DNA from: Eledone cirrhosa
Taxonomy: Eukaryota
Direction: 5' to 3'
NCBI GenBank assembly: GCA_964016885.1
Contig: OZ024744.1
Location: 35,216,001-35,280,000 of the forward strand
DNA: 64,000 nucleotides
The notes under the pieces are model-generated. The model ran no database searches and was not told where the DNA came from. It saw only the letters and a list, made by a program, of their open reading frames with translations. Below, piece after piece: positions 50,651 to 62,999 of this stretch. The translations under genes and the position numbers were made by a program. Numbering within the stretch: position 1 is the stretch's first letter; the number at the start of each line of letters is the position of its first letter.

Positions 50651-52260
50651 TATCACCTTATCTTCCTAGGTCTTCCCCCTCTACAGCTTCCATCAACTTT
50701 GAGCACTCTGCATCTTTTTATACAAGTGTCATCCTTCATATGCATCACATGTCCATAACAATGCAATTACCTCCCCTGCACACTCTGATCCTTCTTATGC
50801 GTAGTTTCTCCAGTATGTTTATACTTTGCTGTTCATGTATATACTATTACATGTATCATGTATATCTATCAAAGTAGGGAAGCTTCATTTCTTTTCAATA
50901 TTCGCAGGACTAGAAGAGTGGCTAGTGTGGGTGGTACAAGCCACAGAGCCCAGGTCTCACTGCCATGCAACATTGCTGTTCATGTGCATGCATCATACAA
51001 TCTGCACTTCATTTTGAGGGAAAAACCTTTTGTAGCTAGTAGCAGTAGTAGCTCCCTGAACTTTTTCTATCCTGTTCTCACTTTGGCTACAGTACTTTTG
51101 GCACATCCACCTCCACTGCTAATTTGGTTACCCAGGTAATAAAAGCTGTCAACTGCTTCTATGGAACATTCCAAGAATTTGATAGCATTTGAATGTTTGT
51201 TACTTGCTGCTCCTGTGCAATGGCCACAAGTAAAACCTATGTTTTTAGTTAACCTACTTGAGATCCCACTATATCTATAGTGTATCCATAGCTTGCATTT
51301 GGGACAGATAATGGAATTTCTTATACACTGATCAGGGTCATTTCCCAGAAAGAAAAACTTTGGTCTTTGCCAAGTTGACTTTAAGATCTTTTGATTCCAG
51401 GTTATGCTTCCAGGTCTGGAATTTTTTCTCTAGTTCTGTCATAGATTCAACTATGAGAGTTAGATCATCAGCATACAGGAGTTCCCATGGGCATTGTTTT
51501 AACCTCTTCTGTTATAACCTGGAGGATAATAATAGACAAGAGAGAGCTAAGGATGAAGCCTTGGTGGATCCCAACTTGCACACTAAACTCCTCGCTATAG
51601 TCATTATTAACTTTAACCTTGCTAACAACACCTCTGTACATGGCTTGTACCACCCACACTAGCCACTCTTCCAGTCCTAGTTTTCTTAGTGTCCACCAGA
51701 TTACAGAACAGGGAACCCTGTCAAAAGCTTTCTCTAAGTCAACAAATGCTAAGTAGAGGGGTTTCCGCTTTTTAGCTAGATACTTCTCTTTCAGCTGCCT
51801 CACACAGAAAATGGCATCCATGGTACTTTCTCCTGGCACATATCCAAACTACTTCTGATCTAGGTTAATTTGATCCCTAATCAGTTGTACAATGTCTCTT
51901 TTTGTAGCTTTCAAGAGCTGCCCCATCAGTTTGATGCCACGATAGGTCCCTCTGTCTAGTGTATCACCTTCGAACTTGTAACAGTTGATGCTGGTACACC
52001 AGTCATTGGGTATGGCACCACCCCCAATTGGTTTAACAATATAGGTAGTTATGGTGTGTCCTACTGTCCCAGATGCTATCAGCACCTCAGTAACTATTCC
52101 CGATGGCCCCACAGCTTTTCCTGTTTTCATGTCCTTAATTGCCTTACTACATTGCTACTGACTTGTATAGCTGGTCCCTCTGTAGGGTCCACCTGGGCAG
52201 GTTATCTTCTTTGCATACATTCTCCTCATTCATCAGTCTCTCATAATGACACCTTCCATG
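50390..52260 (-). mobile_element. Degenerate RTE LINE
   Basis: RT remnants lie in ORFs 51849-52130 and 51468-51839, with C-terminal motifs down to about 50560. Confidence 0.85.
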
Positions 52261-52344
52261 TTAACATGCTTTACTACTATAGTGTTATAAATGTTAACTT
52301 TAACTTTTATGAACAACTGAGTATTGAAAGTTGATCTAATGTGG

Positions 52345-52604
52345 ATGCAGCATGGCTGAATAGTAAAGGTATTAACTTCTCAGTCATTAGGTCCTGGGGT
52401 CTATCTCACTGCAGAGCATGTTGAGCAAGGATCATTGTGAATGAAACTGGTAGATGGAAACTATTTGGAAGCCTATCAGATGGACTGTACCTGTAATTCA
52501 AAGGGCCAGTCTCATCACACTCTGTGTCATGCTGAATCTCCCTGGGAGTTGCATTAAGGGTAAATGTGTCTGTGGAATGCTCAGCCACTTACATATTAAT
52601 TCAG
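52345..52604 (+). mobile_element. Probable SINE, truncated by assembly gap
   Basis: It has a decayed tRNA-like head (TGGCTGAATAGTAA..GGGTCTATCTC) and a TTGAGCAAG motif. The body resembles cephalopod SINEs (recalled, not searched). Confidence 0.45.
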
Positions 52605-52804
52605 NNNNNNNNNNNNNNNNNNNNNNNNNNNNNNNNNNNNNNNNNNNNNNNNNNNNNNNNNNNNNNNNNNNNNNNNNNNNNNNNNNNNNNNNNNNNNNNN
52701 NNNNNNNNNNNNNNNNNNNNNNNNNNNNNNNNNNNNNNNNNNNNNNNNNNNNNNNNNNNNNNNNNNNNNNNNNNNNNNNNNNNNNNNNNNNNNNNNNNNN
52801 NNNN
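52605..52804. other. Assembly gap (200 N)
   Basis: Run of N. Confidence 1.
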
Positions 52805-52924
52805 GGTTCTATCATCTTATACAGTATTGTACAGTGTTATATAGCAATTTATAGTGTTTCTATAGCGTTAGATAATGTTATATGACACTGTTTAGGGTTG
52901 TGTAATATTATATAGAGTACATAG

Positions 52925-53322
52925 TATTTAACAGTGTTGTATAGTGCGTATGTTGTATAATGTTATATAGTATGTATGGCATTGTATAGTATGATATAGT
53001 ATGATATAGTATTTTACAGAGTTTGCAACCTGCCTGACAGGTTTTTCACATCATTTTAACAGTGTTGTATAGTGCGTATGTTGTATAATATTATATACTA
53101 TGTATAGTTACGTCCCTTTACAATCTGAGTTCAAATCCGGCCGAGGTTAACTTTGCCTTTCATCCTTACGGGGTCGATAAAATAAAGTACCAGTAATGTA
53201 CTGGGTATTTGCTGGCCTTGTGCCTAAAATAGAAACAATTATATAGTATGTATGGCATTGTATAGTATGATATAGTATTTTACAGTGTTTGTAACCTGCC
53301 TGACAGGTTTTTCACATCATTT
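52925..53322. repeat. ~130-bp tandem duplication interrupted by a SINE
   Basis: TATAGTATGTATGGCATTG..AACCTGCCTGACAGGTTTTTCACATCATTT occurs twice. Confidence 0.75.
53105..53241 (+). mobile_element. 5'-truncated copy of the SINE family at 13240-13423
   Basis: It has a B box GAGTTCAAATCC and GCCTTTCATCCTTACGGGGTCGATAAAATAAAGTACC. Confidence 0.85.
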
Positions 53323-53475
53323 GAATAGACAAGATAGTTCACCAGGAGAGACTAGTAATGACTATGTAGTTAGGTCACATATGTCCCACCTCAAAATTCC
53401 ATATGTGTATTTGTGCATATATGTTAGTTCAAGTACACACATATATATTTATATATGTATATAAACATACATAAA

Positions 53476-53531
<56 letters not shown>

Positions 53532-53659
53532 CACACACATTCACAAATATATGCATGTAAATATATATATATATATGTATAGTTAAAAAGTGAAGGTGAA
53601 GATGCACAGAAGTATATTTAAAGATTATTTTTTCTTTAATAAAATAGAATGAATAACTT

Positions 53660-53695
<36 letters not shown>

Positions 53696-53717
53696 CATAT
53701 ATATACATATATATATA

Positions 53718-55843
53718 TCATCATCATCATCATCAACGTTTAACGTCCGTGTTCCACGCTTGCATGGGTTTGGACGGGGGTAGTCCCACTTGAGGCAAGA
53801 GTGATTGTCTTGCTCGCATAGGACTGTCTGGCAGGTTTTCTACAGTTGGATGCCCTTCCTAACACCAACCACATTTACAGTGTGGGTCTGGGAGGTTTTT
53901 ACCGTGTTGCCTACACGGCCACATTACAGCGTGGACTGTGTGTTTTTTTGTCGTGACACCTACACGATCTCATTTGTTTCGGCCTGGATGGCGCGGCACC
54001 AACATAACTTTACATAGAACGGGGTGGTGTGGATGGGGTGGGGGTGGTGGCGGGACGGGGTGTAGTTTGTTAGAGATGCCTACTGGCAAGGCGGGTCTTC
54101 TCTGTTACTGAGTACCGCCAAAGGTCACGGTCCAGTGACATTGTCTTGGAGAGGTGTAAGTGTGTGAGGTCGGAGTTTATCAGCTCATCCCATGTTTTTC
54201 TAGGTCTGCCTATTCCGTGGCTACCGTCTATCTTTATTGCCCTGCACTTTGTAATACAGCTATCGACTTTCATGCGCATCACGTGTCCATACCAACGCAG
54301 CCTTCTCTCGAGTAAACAACATCTGATCCCTCTTATCTCTAATTTTTTCCTTAGTTCGTTTATGCTTTGCCGTTCACGTATATTACTGTTACACATCCAG
54401 CGGAGCATGCAAGCTTCGTTCCTCTCTAGTCTGCGTATATCCTCTGCACACAATGCCCAGGTCTCACTACCATGCAACATTGCTGTTCGTATGCAGGCAT
54501 CGTACAACCTGCCTTTCATTTTTAGGGAGAACCCTTTAGCAGCTAATAGTGGTATAAGCTCTCTGAACTTTTTCCAACCAGTTCTGACTCTAGCTACAGT
54601 ACTTTCAGAGCACCCTCCCCCACTGCTGATTTTATCGCCCAGGTAACGGAAGCTGTCCACTATTTCTATAGAACCCTCTGCGCAATTGAAAGAGCTAGTA
54701 TTTTGTGGGCACTTGCTGCTACTTATTGCACCAGAACACCGGCCACATGTAAAGTCTATGTTCTTAGTTAGCTTACCTGTGATCCCACTACATCTTTTAT
54801 GCACCCATACTTTGCATTTAGGACATAAGATGGAGTTTCTACCTACGCCTTTCCTACATACCGAGCACGACCATTTCCCAGAAGGGACCGCCGCCTTGTT
54901 TTCTTTCCTACAAACTAGAACTTTGGTCTTAGCCAGGTTAATTTTAAGTCCTTTTGACTCTAGGCCGTGCTTCCATGTTTGGAATTTCTTCTCTAGCTCG
55001 GCCATTGATTCCGCTATGAGTGTCAGGTCGTCTGCGTATAGGAGTTCCCATGGGCAGCCTGTCTTGAACTCCTCTGTTATAGCCTGAAGGGCAATAATAA
55101 ATAGTAGGGGGCTGAGAACAGAGCCCTGATGGACGCCAACTTTTACGCTAAACTCTTCACTATATTCGTTGTTAATTCTAACCTTGCTGACTGTTTCTTT
55201 ATACATGGCTTGTATAGCCCTCACAAGCCATTCGTCAACGCCTAGTTTTCTAAGAGCCCACCAGATAATGGAGCGGGGGACTCTGTCGAAGGCTTTCTCC
55301 AGGTCGACAAAAGCTAAGTAGAGGGGTTTACCTTTAGCTAGGTACTTCTCCTGTAGTTGTCGTACAATGAAAAGAGCGTCTGTGGTACTTTTGCCTGACA
55401 CAAACCCGAACTGCATTTCATCTAGATCAATTCTCTCTCTGATTAGTTGCGCTATTACTTTTTCCGTGACCTTCATGACCTGGTCGATTAATTTAATGCC
55501 TCTATAGTTACTCCTATCTAGGGCGTCTCCTTTACCCTTATAACAGTTAACGATGATGCTGCTATGCCAGTCCTTCGGAACAACCCCATTCTGTACGACT
55601 TGGTTAACTATGCGGGTGACCATGGTGTGTCCCACCGTGCCAGATGCCTTCAGCATCTCAGCAACTATTTCCGAAGGCCCAGCCGCCTTACCAGTCTTCA
55701 TATCCTTGATTGCCTTACTTATTATACTCCCCTCGACTAACACTGCTGGTCCCTCTATCGGGTCGATATAGGGGAGACTGTCTTTCTCCCATTTATTCTC
55801 CTCATTTAGTAGCCTTTCATAGTGACACTTCATAGTGACACTT

Positions 55844-55846
<3 letters not shown>
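53718..55846 (-). mobile_element. Young 5'-truncated RTE LINE (subfamily A), flanked by (TA)n
   Basis: It has an uninterrupted 587-codon RT ORF, a 3' UTR and a (CAT)n tail. Confidence 0.95.
54070..55833 (-). CDS. RTE reverse transcriptase (N-terminally truncated) with inserted C4HC3 finger
   Basis: Motifs are [74 protein letters not shown] and WYGHVMR. Confidence 0.88.
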   Translation of the reverse strand: MKCHYERLLNEENKWEKDSLPYIDPIEGPAVLVEGSIISKAIKDMKTGKAAGPSEIVAEMLKASGTVGHTMVTRIVNQVVQNGVVPKDWHSSIIVNCYKGKGDALDRSNYRGIKLIDQVMKVTEKVIAQLIRERIDLDEMQFGFVSGKSTTDALFIVRQLQEKYLAKGKPLYLAFVDLEKAFDRVPRSIIWWALRKLGVDEWLVRAIQAMYKETVSKVRINNEYSEEFSVKVGVHQGSVLSPLLFIIALQAITEEFKTGCPWELLYADDLTLIAESMAELEKKFQTWKHGLESKGLKINLAKTKVLVCRKENKAAVPSGKWSCSVCRKGVGRNSILCPKCKVWVHKRCSGITGKLTKNIDFTCGRCSGAISSSKCPQNTSSFNCAEGSIEIVDSFRYLGDKISSGGGCSESTVARVRTGWKKFRELIPLLAAKGFSLKMKGRLYDACIRTAMLHGSETWALCAEDIRRLERNEACMLRWMCNSNIRERQSINELRKKLEIRGIRCCLLERRLRWYGHVMRMKVDSCITKCRAIKIDGSHGIGRPRKTWDELINSDLTHLHLSKTMSLDRDLWRYSVTEKTRLASRHL

Positions 55847-55924
<78 letters not shown>

Positions 55925-56486
55925 TATATATATATAAATATATAAATGTCTGGAAGGAGGTGAGGTCAGTCTGGTGAGTGACTAAGTGTGGGGGTGGTAT
56001 TGTATATGCATATTTGAGTTTAAATATGGTTTGATATTGTACATAGACACATACACAGAAACACACACACAATCACATATGCACATGCAATTATACATAA
56101 TGCATATCTGTGTGTGTGTGTAGGCGTGTGTGTACGTGCGTGTATGTGTGCATGCATGTATAACATTATCATCATCATTTTCATCTAATGTCCATTTTCC
56201 TTGCAAGCAAGGGTTGTTACAGACAGTCAATACTCAAGATTCATCCTCTCAGATGGGTTAAAGAGATTTGCATCTAACTTCCACTGAAATCTCAGATAGG
56301 TTGGGGACCTTCATCTAACATACATATATGTTCCAGCACTCTACAAAGTCCTTCCAACCCTATGCTCATACACACGCACAAACACGCACATTAAATTAAC
56401 TATAGGGATATAAAATAAACAGAAGCGAAAACTAACCCAAACCAAAGTGAGTGTGTTTTATTATATATATTGTATATATATATATA

Positions 56487-57361
56487 CTAGCAAATGACCC
56501 CCGTCCATTGGACGGTGTCAGTTCTTGGTAGGGCTGCAATGTTAATGGTCAATTTCCGTGTTGTATGTTTAACTTGGAGGATAATTTTACCTGATCAACT
56601 CTTTCAATAAAAAAAAATGAGACTATTCAAAAAGAGCAAGTTTTATTTACAGATATGTGTCATTAAAATGTGAACATAGAGAAATGTATCGTTAGCCGTG
56701 TCGGTTAAATAATGTGTATTTTAAAACATCCATCATGTACACACACACAAACACATACACACACAAACATACACACACATACACATACACACACACATAC
56801 ACACACACACATACGCACACAATCCCAAGACGTGACGTTGTGGAAGGGGGAGAGTTAAGAAGTGTAATAAATAAGTTAAAATTATAAACACTGTATTTAT
56901 CATATTCGCGTCACACACACTCCTCTCTTTCTTTATTTTACTCTCTCTCTCTCTCACTCCTCTCTTTCTATCTCCCTCTCACACATCCTTCTCTCTCTGG
57001 CCGTTATGGAAATTACACACACACACACACACGCACACATACACACACAAACACATACACACACATATACACACGCACATACACATACAATCCCATAACG
57101 TCATGTTGTGGAAGGGGGAGAGTTAAGAAGTGTGTAAAAGGAACGCTCTCTCTCTCTCTTTATGGCCGTCATGGAATTTGTTAGTGCAAAAGTCTATAAG
57201 ATTATAAAATCGAAGTTTGTGACTTCGAAATTAATCGTTATGAAATAATTTTTTCTTGATGTTACAAACGGTAGCCTATTTTGGCTATGTGTTTAATTTG
57301 ACAGAGATCGATGTAATATTTTCCAAGTGAAACTCTTTTACACACACACACACAGAACGGG

Positions 57362-57372
<11 letters not shown>
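56487..57372 (-). mobile_element. Probable non-autonomous Helitron
   Basis: CTAG at 56487-56490 is adjacent to hairpin CCGTCCATTGGACGG, and there is an internal duplicated (CA)n-GGAAGGGGGAGAGTTAAGAAGTG unit. The 5' end merges into (TA)n and is approximate. Confidence 0.6.
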
Positions 57373-57399
<27 letters not shown>

Positions 57400-57445
57400 A
57401 ACTAAAATAAATAAGTCAAATATTTAAAATTTGGCTTCGTTTATT

Positions 57446-57500
57446 ACTGCTATATATATTTCGGTGACAGCCATTTTTGGCTGTGACCTCTGCAGGCAGT
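57446..57500 (-). ncRNA. Minimal hammerhead (family B), one core substitution
   Basis: The minus strand reads ACTGC-CTGCAGA-GGTCACAGCCA-AAAA-TGGCTGTCACC-GAAA-TATATA-TA-GCAGT-AATAAA, then (TA)n. Confidence 0.7.
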
Positions 57501-57592
57501 CCGAATTAGTGTGGTAGAGATTAGTACACATGTTATTGATGTGTTTAACTTTATCAATACTCTGATATGCCCCTGATATAGTTCTATTTAAA

Positions 57593-57967
57593 TTGTTGGG
57601 ATACAACAAGCAAATATTTTTATAACTGATATAAAGCACTCAACAAATAATTGGAGTAAAAATACGATATTGACAAATGGAAACTATATTTATAAAACAA
57701 TATAATATAGAGCAGTTTTATAAATAAATATTGACATACCCTTAAAGAATGCAACCATTACTGTTGGAAGCTCCCGGATAATGTCTATCCGGGAGCTTCC
57801 AACAGAAATGGTTGCATTCTTTAAGGGTATGTCAATATTTATTTATAAAACTGCTCTATATTATATTTTATCTGATGAAAGCACACTATAATTTAACTTG
57901 GTGTCCTTGAAATATGTATAATGAAATAAATATGGTTTTATAAATATAGTTTCCCTTTGTTAATATC

Positions 57968-57970
<3 letters not shown>
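57593..57970. mobile_element. Fold-back hammerhead cassette (family A)
   Basis: The inner palindrome is 57699-57780 / 57786-57867. The left arm has lost the ribozyme segment but keeps the terminal extension. The right arm ends in (TA)n. Confidence 0.8.
57864..57928 (+). ncRNA. Minimal type-I hammerhead ribozyme (family A)
   Basis: TATTTTAT-CTGATGA-AAGCACAC..GTGTCCTT-GAAA-TATGTA-TA-ATGAAATA. Confidence 0.75.
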
Positions 57971-58036
<66 letters not shown>

Positions 58037-58104
58037 CTATCTTCAATGAACTTATAACATGAAGTTCACATTAAGATATGTCACTTTCTTTACAGCAATT
58101 ATTG

Positions 58105-58165
58105 TATTTTATCTGACAAAAGCGTACTAAAATATTAGTACCCTTGAAATACGTATAATAAAATA
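58105..58165 (+). ncRNA. Hammerhead (family A) with mutated core
   Basis: TATTTTAT-CTGACAA-AAGCGTACTAA..TTAGTACCCTT-GAAA-TACGTA-TA-ATAAAATA. Stem I is perfect and TACGTA is palindromic. Confidence 0.65.
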
Positions 58166-58502
58166 AAGGTGGTTTTATAAAAATATTTTTCATTTATTAA
58201 TATTATTGATATATTGTATATATATATGTATATATATATGTATATACTGACTATATTGTGATTCAGTGAAATGGGATTTTTTTAGTCAGCTAGAAGAAAT
58301 TATTGTGCTTCCATTTTCATTCAAAATTGATTGTGGTCTCTCAAGAGTTACCTCCCTTGATCCAACCCTATAATTTAAAAATAAACCCCTTTTTCTAAAC
58401 TCTTATTAAATTACCTGCCCCTGCATACAGTCTTATGTTATATTCCTAAAAGGAATGCACAATCAACCCTAGGCAGTCATCTTTGTTTTTATTTTTCTCA
58501 TG

Positions 58503-58540
58503 ACAGGCTGAATGAGTTGGGACGAAACTTGAGTACCTGT
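58503..58540 (+). ncRNA. Compact hammerhead-like motif with a 1-nt core insertion
   Basis: ACAGG-CTGAATGA-GTTGGGAC-GAAA-CTTGAG-TA-CCTGT. Confidence 0.55.
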
Positions 58541-58555
58541 TTATGTCAGTTGTAA

Positions 58556-59147
58556 TCTATATATATAAAACTGAGGATGTCTGTCTGTGTGTGTGTGAGT
58601 TTGAATCCCTAAAACTAGAGAACCACCCAACCGACTGTTTTCAAACTTTACTCATGTAATACTTATGTTTCAGGGAGTGTTCTGAGCAAAAGAAATTTCA
58701 AATTTTCAATGCCCTAGCGACCACATTAGGCGATTTAGCGATCTCTCTCTATAATTCTTAGTCTTTCTCTTTTTAGATAGATACATACATATAACGTCGC
58801 GCCCTTATAATATCTGTCTGTATGTCTGGCTGTCTGCATTACGTCACTTCCTACAATTCGCTCTGCGTCCAGGACGCGCCCTTATAATATATGTCTGTAT
58901 GTCTGGCTGTCTGCTGCCTCTGGTTATTCTACCACCCTTGCTCAAGACAAATCTCACACTCATTCCCCAAACAGTTGGTAAGTGCACACAACTTCTTCCT
59001 CACGTTTTAAGCCACAGTGTTGCTTACTTACGTACCACCAGACCCTTACTTTTTTGCCAGCCGTGGTTGTGGCAATACTAAGCTTAGCTAAGGTGGTTAT
59101 ATATTTCACAATACCTTATCCCGTGCAACGCCGGGTACCACTGCTAG
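58556..59147 (+). mobile_element. Non-autonomous Helitron
   Basis: The 5' end is A|TCTATATATATAAAA and the 3' end has hairpin CCCGTGCAACGCCGGG then CTAG|T. The termini are similar to 42529-43439. Confidence 0.85.
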
Positions 59148-59162
59148 TTATTTATATATATA

Positions 59163-59322
59163 TGTAACCCATGATAGTGTAGAATATAGACGTTAAACAA
59201 GGATGATATATATACATACATCATCATCATCATCATCGTATGGACGTTAAACGATGATGATGATGTATGTATATATATATCATCATTGTTTAACGTCTAT
59301 CTTCTACGCTATCATGGGTTAC
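59163..59322. repeat. Nested inverted repeats made of RTE 3' tails
   Basis: TGTAACCCATGATAG..GACGTTAAAC and GTTTAACGTC..CTATCATGGGTTACA surround (CAT)n/(GAT)n. Confidence 0.7.
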
Positions 59323-61338
59323 ACGAGAGTTGTTCCACTTGAAGCAAGATTGGTCGGGTGACCGTGTCTCACTCGTATAGGACTATCTGGCAGGTTTTCT
59401 ACGGGTGGATGCCCTTCCTAACACCAACCACATTTACATAGGCAAGGCGGGTCTTCTGTTCATAGGCAAGGCATGTAGCGCCAAATGACATGTAGGTCCA
59501 GTGACATTGTCTTAGAGAGGTGTAAGTATGTAAGGTCGGAATTTATCAAATCATCCCAGGTTTTACTGGGTCTACCTATTCCCTAACTTCCATAAATTTT
59601 GATCGCCCTGCACTTTTTTATACAGCTGTCGTCTTTCATGCGCATCATGTGACCATACCAACATAGTCTTCTCTCAAGTAAACAGCATCTGATCCCTCTT
59701 ATTCCTAATTTCTCACTTAGTTCATTTATGTTTTGCCATTCGCGTATATTACTATTACACATCCAACAGAGCATGCATGCTTCGTTCCTTTCCAGTCTGT
59801 GTATATCCTCTGCACATAATGCCCATGTCTCACTGCCATGTAGCATTGCTGTTCATATACAGGTGTTATACAATCTGCCTTTCATTTTTAGGGAGAAACC
59901 TTTTGTGGCCAACAGTGGTATAAGCTCTCTGAACTTTTTCCATCCCATTCTGACTCTAGCTACTGTACTTTCAGAGCACCGTCCACCACTGCTGCTTTTG
60001 TCACCCAGGTAAGGGAAAGTGTCCACTATTTCTATAGAACCATCTGGGCAATAGAAGGAGTTAGTATCCTGTGGGCACTTGCTACTTATTGCACCTGAGC
60101 ATCGGCCACATATAAAATCTATGTTCTTAGATAGCTTACCTGTGATCCCACTACATCTTTTATGTACCCATAGTTAGCATTTGGGACATAAAATGTAATT
60201 TCTACCTACTCTTTTCCTACATACTGAGCATGACCATTTTCCCGAGGGCACCTGTGCCCTATTTTCCTTTCTACATACTAGAACTTTAGTCTTAGCCAGG
60301 TTAATTTTAAGGCCTTTTGATTCTAGGCCATGCTTATATGTTTGGAATTTCTTCTCTAGTTCAGCCATAGATTCAGCTATGAGAGTAAACTCCTCTGTTA
60401 TAGCCTGAAGGGCAATAATAAATAGGAGGGGGCTAAAGACAGAGCCTTGATGAGCAACTTTTGCACTAAATTCTTCATTGTTAATTCTAACCTTGCTGAC
60501 TGTTTCTTTATACATGGCTTGTATAGTTCTCACAAGCCATTCATCTACACCTAGTTTTCTAAGAGCCCACCAGATAATGGAGCAGGAGACTCTGTCAAAG
60601 GCTTTCTCCAAGTCAACAAAAGCTAAGTAGAGGGGTTCTTTTTTAGCTAGGTACTTCTCCTGTAGTTGTCGTACAAGGAAAAGAGCATCTGTGGTACTTT
60701 TACCTGACACAAACCCAAACAGCATTTCATCTAGATCAATTCGCTCTCTAATTAGTTGCTCTGTAACTCTTTCTGTGACCTTCATGACCTGGTCAACTAA
60801 CTTAATGCCTCTATAGTTTCCTCTATCTAGAGCATCTCCTTTACCCTTGTAGCAGTTAATGATGATGCTGCTATGCCAGTCATTTGGTATGACCCCATTC
60901 TGTATTACTTGGTTTACTATCCAGGTGACTATAGTATGTCCCACCATTCCAGATGCTTTCAACATCTCAACAATTATCTCCGAAGGCCCAGCTGCCTTGC
61001 TTGTCTTCATATCTTTGATTGCCTTAATTACCTTTTTTACCTTTAACTTGCACTGCTGGTCCCTCAATTGGATCGATTTGGGGCAGACTATCCTTTTCCC
61101 ATTTATTCTCCTCATTTAGTAGTCTCTCGTAGTGACACTTCCAAGCTACCTTCTTATCTCTTTCAGTGAGAGCAAGTACACCATCATTACAGACACACTT
61201 CTCTCCGAGAATATCACGGTTTTCCTTGACACATTGTCTTGCAATCCTGAATACCTCACGTTTTTGGTCCTCGCTTTGTAGAACATGCTTGAACTTTCTA
61301 TCTTCTGCTTCCCTTCTTGCAAAGTATACTTGTCTCCT
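59280..61338 (-). mobile_element. Degenerate RTE LINE (subfamily A-like)
   Basis: ORFs are 60174-61115 and 59583-59846. The YADD segment is deleted. Confidence 0.9.
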
Positions 61339-61994
61339 ATGAAAATAAAATTAGAATTTTATTTCTTGCCCTAGCATACTTACATCATCATCATCATCAT
61401 CATTATCATCATCATCATCATCACCACCGTTTTACATATATATATATCGATACAGATCGAATATTGAACTGATCAATAACGAAACACACGTCACCAATCA
61501 TTAAACATAATGAAGGCTTAACAAATCGTCCTTGTATTATATATATATAAAAATAACTCTCTATACAAATCATCAAAGTTGAGGATAATTTGAAATCAAA
61601 CACAGAAAATAATTGTAATAACAGTCAATAATAACTCAGAAAACCGAATAAATTACACCTATGGTGGTAAAAAAGTGGCCCCCAGTCGCTATAAAGACTT
61701 GAACTTCATATTTCTTGAATTCTGGACAAGGGTCTAACCATTGAGCTAAGGGGCCTGTGTGTGTGTGTGCATGTGTATGTGTTTATATGCACACAAATGC
61801 ATACACATGCATAAATACACACACATGCAGACATACACAATTGACAACTATGAAATATATCATGGGAAACAGACTTACAAGTTTTCAAAGTTTAGGTTAC
61901 ACTTCAGTTATATTTGGGTTGATAATCTAAAGACTGTGGGAAAAATGAGTCAATTGTGTTAATATATGTATATATATGTGTGTGTATGTATATA

Positions 61995-62027
<33 letters not shown>

Positions 62028-62689
62028 GTGTATATAATATGTATATATATATATGTGTAATATATATATATATGTGTAATATATATATATATGTGTAATA
62101 TATATATATGTATATATATATATACATGTTTACATATATGTATGTATATATATATATATATGTACATATCTCTGTGTGTGTGTGTGTGAGTGTGTGTAAA
62201 CATATATATATATATTGGAAAAGAACTGATTAATTACATGTCTGTAAAAGGATTGTGGAATTTATCCAAACATAGACTGTATAAGTCTATTAAGGAGCAA
62301 TTATTTGTATTTGAATGAATACATTTACTAAATAAAGTAATATAACTATTAATAGCGATTTTGTTCATAAGTTGATCAACAACCCAGCAGCATGAGGGAT
62401 GTCCCTATGTGGTCACTTGGCCTGTTAGAAATAGCAGCTAAATTTACTTGAAATCACTCGTCCTATCATTTTCAATAAAGAAAGGATAAATTAGATTAGT
62501 GGCTATCAATATTTTTTATTTATGAACCCTTTTATTCCTATTTTACACTAGTGGATACTCCCATAGTCATTCAGTGTTTAAAAAATCCTATTGTATATGT
62601 GTATATATAAAATCCGCCTTCCCTTGCATACAGACTCGAACATACTTCTAGTAAGCACCTCTTAATCCACTATACTCCCTTCCATACAC

Positions 62690-62996
62690 CCCTGCACCCC
62701 TACTCCACCCTCCCACTTCTGTCCACACACCCCTTACACTGTAAAGTGGTTGTGATGACGATATGCCAAAAAAAGCACCCAGTCCACACTCTGAAGTGGT
62801 CATGTAGGAGTCACGACAAAAAGCATCCAGCCCACACTGTAAATGTGGTTAGCATTAGGAAGGGCAACCAGCCATAGAAATCTAGCCAGAAACAGTTCTA
62901 TATGGGCAAGACATGGTAACCTGACCCAACTTGCCTCAAGTGGGACAACCCATCTAACTAGCGTGGAAAATGGGTGTAACAGACGATGATGATGAT
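62690..62996 (+). mobile_element. RTE 3' UTR fragment
   Basis: It contains TTAGGAAGGGCAACCAGCCATAGAAA and CTAGCGTGGAAAATGG, ending in (GAT)n. Confidence 0.7.
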
Positions 62997-62999
62997 AAG

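Noticed and set aside
52454-52885. ORFs spanning the N run
   Set aside because: They are artefacts of the assembly gap.
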